Assembly: GCA_052390515.1 (NCBI GenBank)
Contig: JBQTGV010000013.1
Location: 1-15,974 of the forward strand
Length of the DNA: 15,974 bases
Origin: Candidatus Eiseniibacteriota bacterium
GTDB lineage: Bacteria; ARS69
Direction of reading: 5' to 3'
The notes under the pieces were generated by a model. The model ran no database searches. It had not been told where the DNA came from and was given only the letters and a program-made list of their open reading frames with translations. The position numbers and the translations under genes are program-made. Below, piece after piece: positions 15,800-15,974 of the stretch (its first letter is position 1; every line of letters starts with the position of its first letter).

Positions 15800-15965
15800 C
15801 CCATATGGGCGCGACCGTCCGGGCTCACCGGGCGGCCGCGAACGTGGACCCCGGGCCGTTTCGCTCCCGAACATTCCCCACTCCCGCAGTGCCGGCTGCG
15901 GGTGGGAGCCATTACAGCGGCGGACTACCGTTGGAACGGGCGATCCACCCGGGTCCACCTTCGCG
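15800..15965. other. Extensively self-complementary region upstream of the APC-ABC operon (candidate structured RNA or palindromic element)
   Basis: CGCGAA-C-GTGGACCCCGGG (15837-15855) pairs with CCCGGGTCCAC-C-TTCGCG (15948-15965). Inner pairs are TCGCTC/GGGCGA and CCCA..CCCGCAG/CTGCGGG-TGGG. There is a separate hairpin at 15810-15840 and a palindrome CCCATATGGG at 15800-15809. Confidence 0.45.
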
Positions 15966-15974
15966 CGGATTCCC

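Noticed and set aside
10428-15912. 921-aa ORFs 10428..13193 and 13147..15912 and 500-aa ORF 12386..13888 as giant fusions
   Set aside because: Their N-terminal parts are off-frame translations of the upstream genes. True starts at 12389, 14406 and 13150 coincide with stop/start overlaps.
15773-15958. 61-aa minus-strand ORF as a real small protein
   Set aside because: It has no motif and no evident RBS, and it coincides with a palindromic region. It cannot be excluded as a leader peptide or the tail of an upstream gene.
15860-15974. Cobalamin riboswitch (minus-strand GGGAA, CCGCCGCTGTAA, GCACTG) or 6S RNA
   Set aside because: The fragments resemble these RNAs, but spacing is wrong and I could not find the B12-box or the 6S central bubble architecture. 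It is kept only as an unassigned structured region.

Overview
High-GC bacterial chromosomal window with 12 supportable protein-coding genes, no rRNA, tRNA or CRISPR, and no transposase. The left part (1-4340) looks like a tryptophan-catabolic island. It holds a creatininase-family amidohydrolase (minus strand, cut off by the window edge and missing from the ORF track), a benzoate-CoA-ligase-family enzyme, a kynureninase-like PLP enzyme and tryptophan 2,3-dioxygenase (kynA), but no recognisable kynurenine formamidase (kynB). Next come a futalosine-pathway mqnD-family gene, an SLC13/TrkA-C permease, a GYF_2-AIM24 (TIGR00266) fusion and a soluble hybrid histidine kinase. The window ends with a translationally coupled minus-strand operon: APC amino-acid permease, NatB-like permease, NatA-like ATPase and a NatB-CPBP protease fusion. 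The most interesting inference is a Trp -> anthranilate -> anthraniloyl-CoA route in which the creatininase-family enzyme may replace KynB. Other points are a probable CTG start for the kynureninase-like gene, four apparently leaderless promoters, a sigma28-like promoter, a palindromic repeat at two convergent gene junctions, and a strongly base-paired region upstream of the transporter operon. All family calls come from motif recognition by eye, not database searches.
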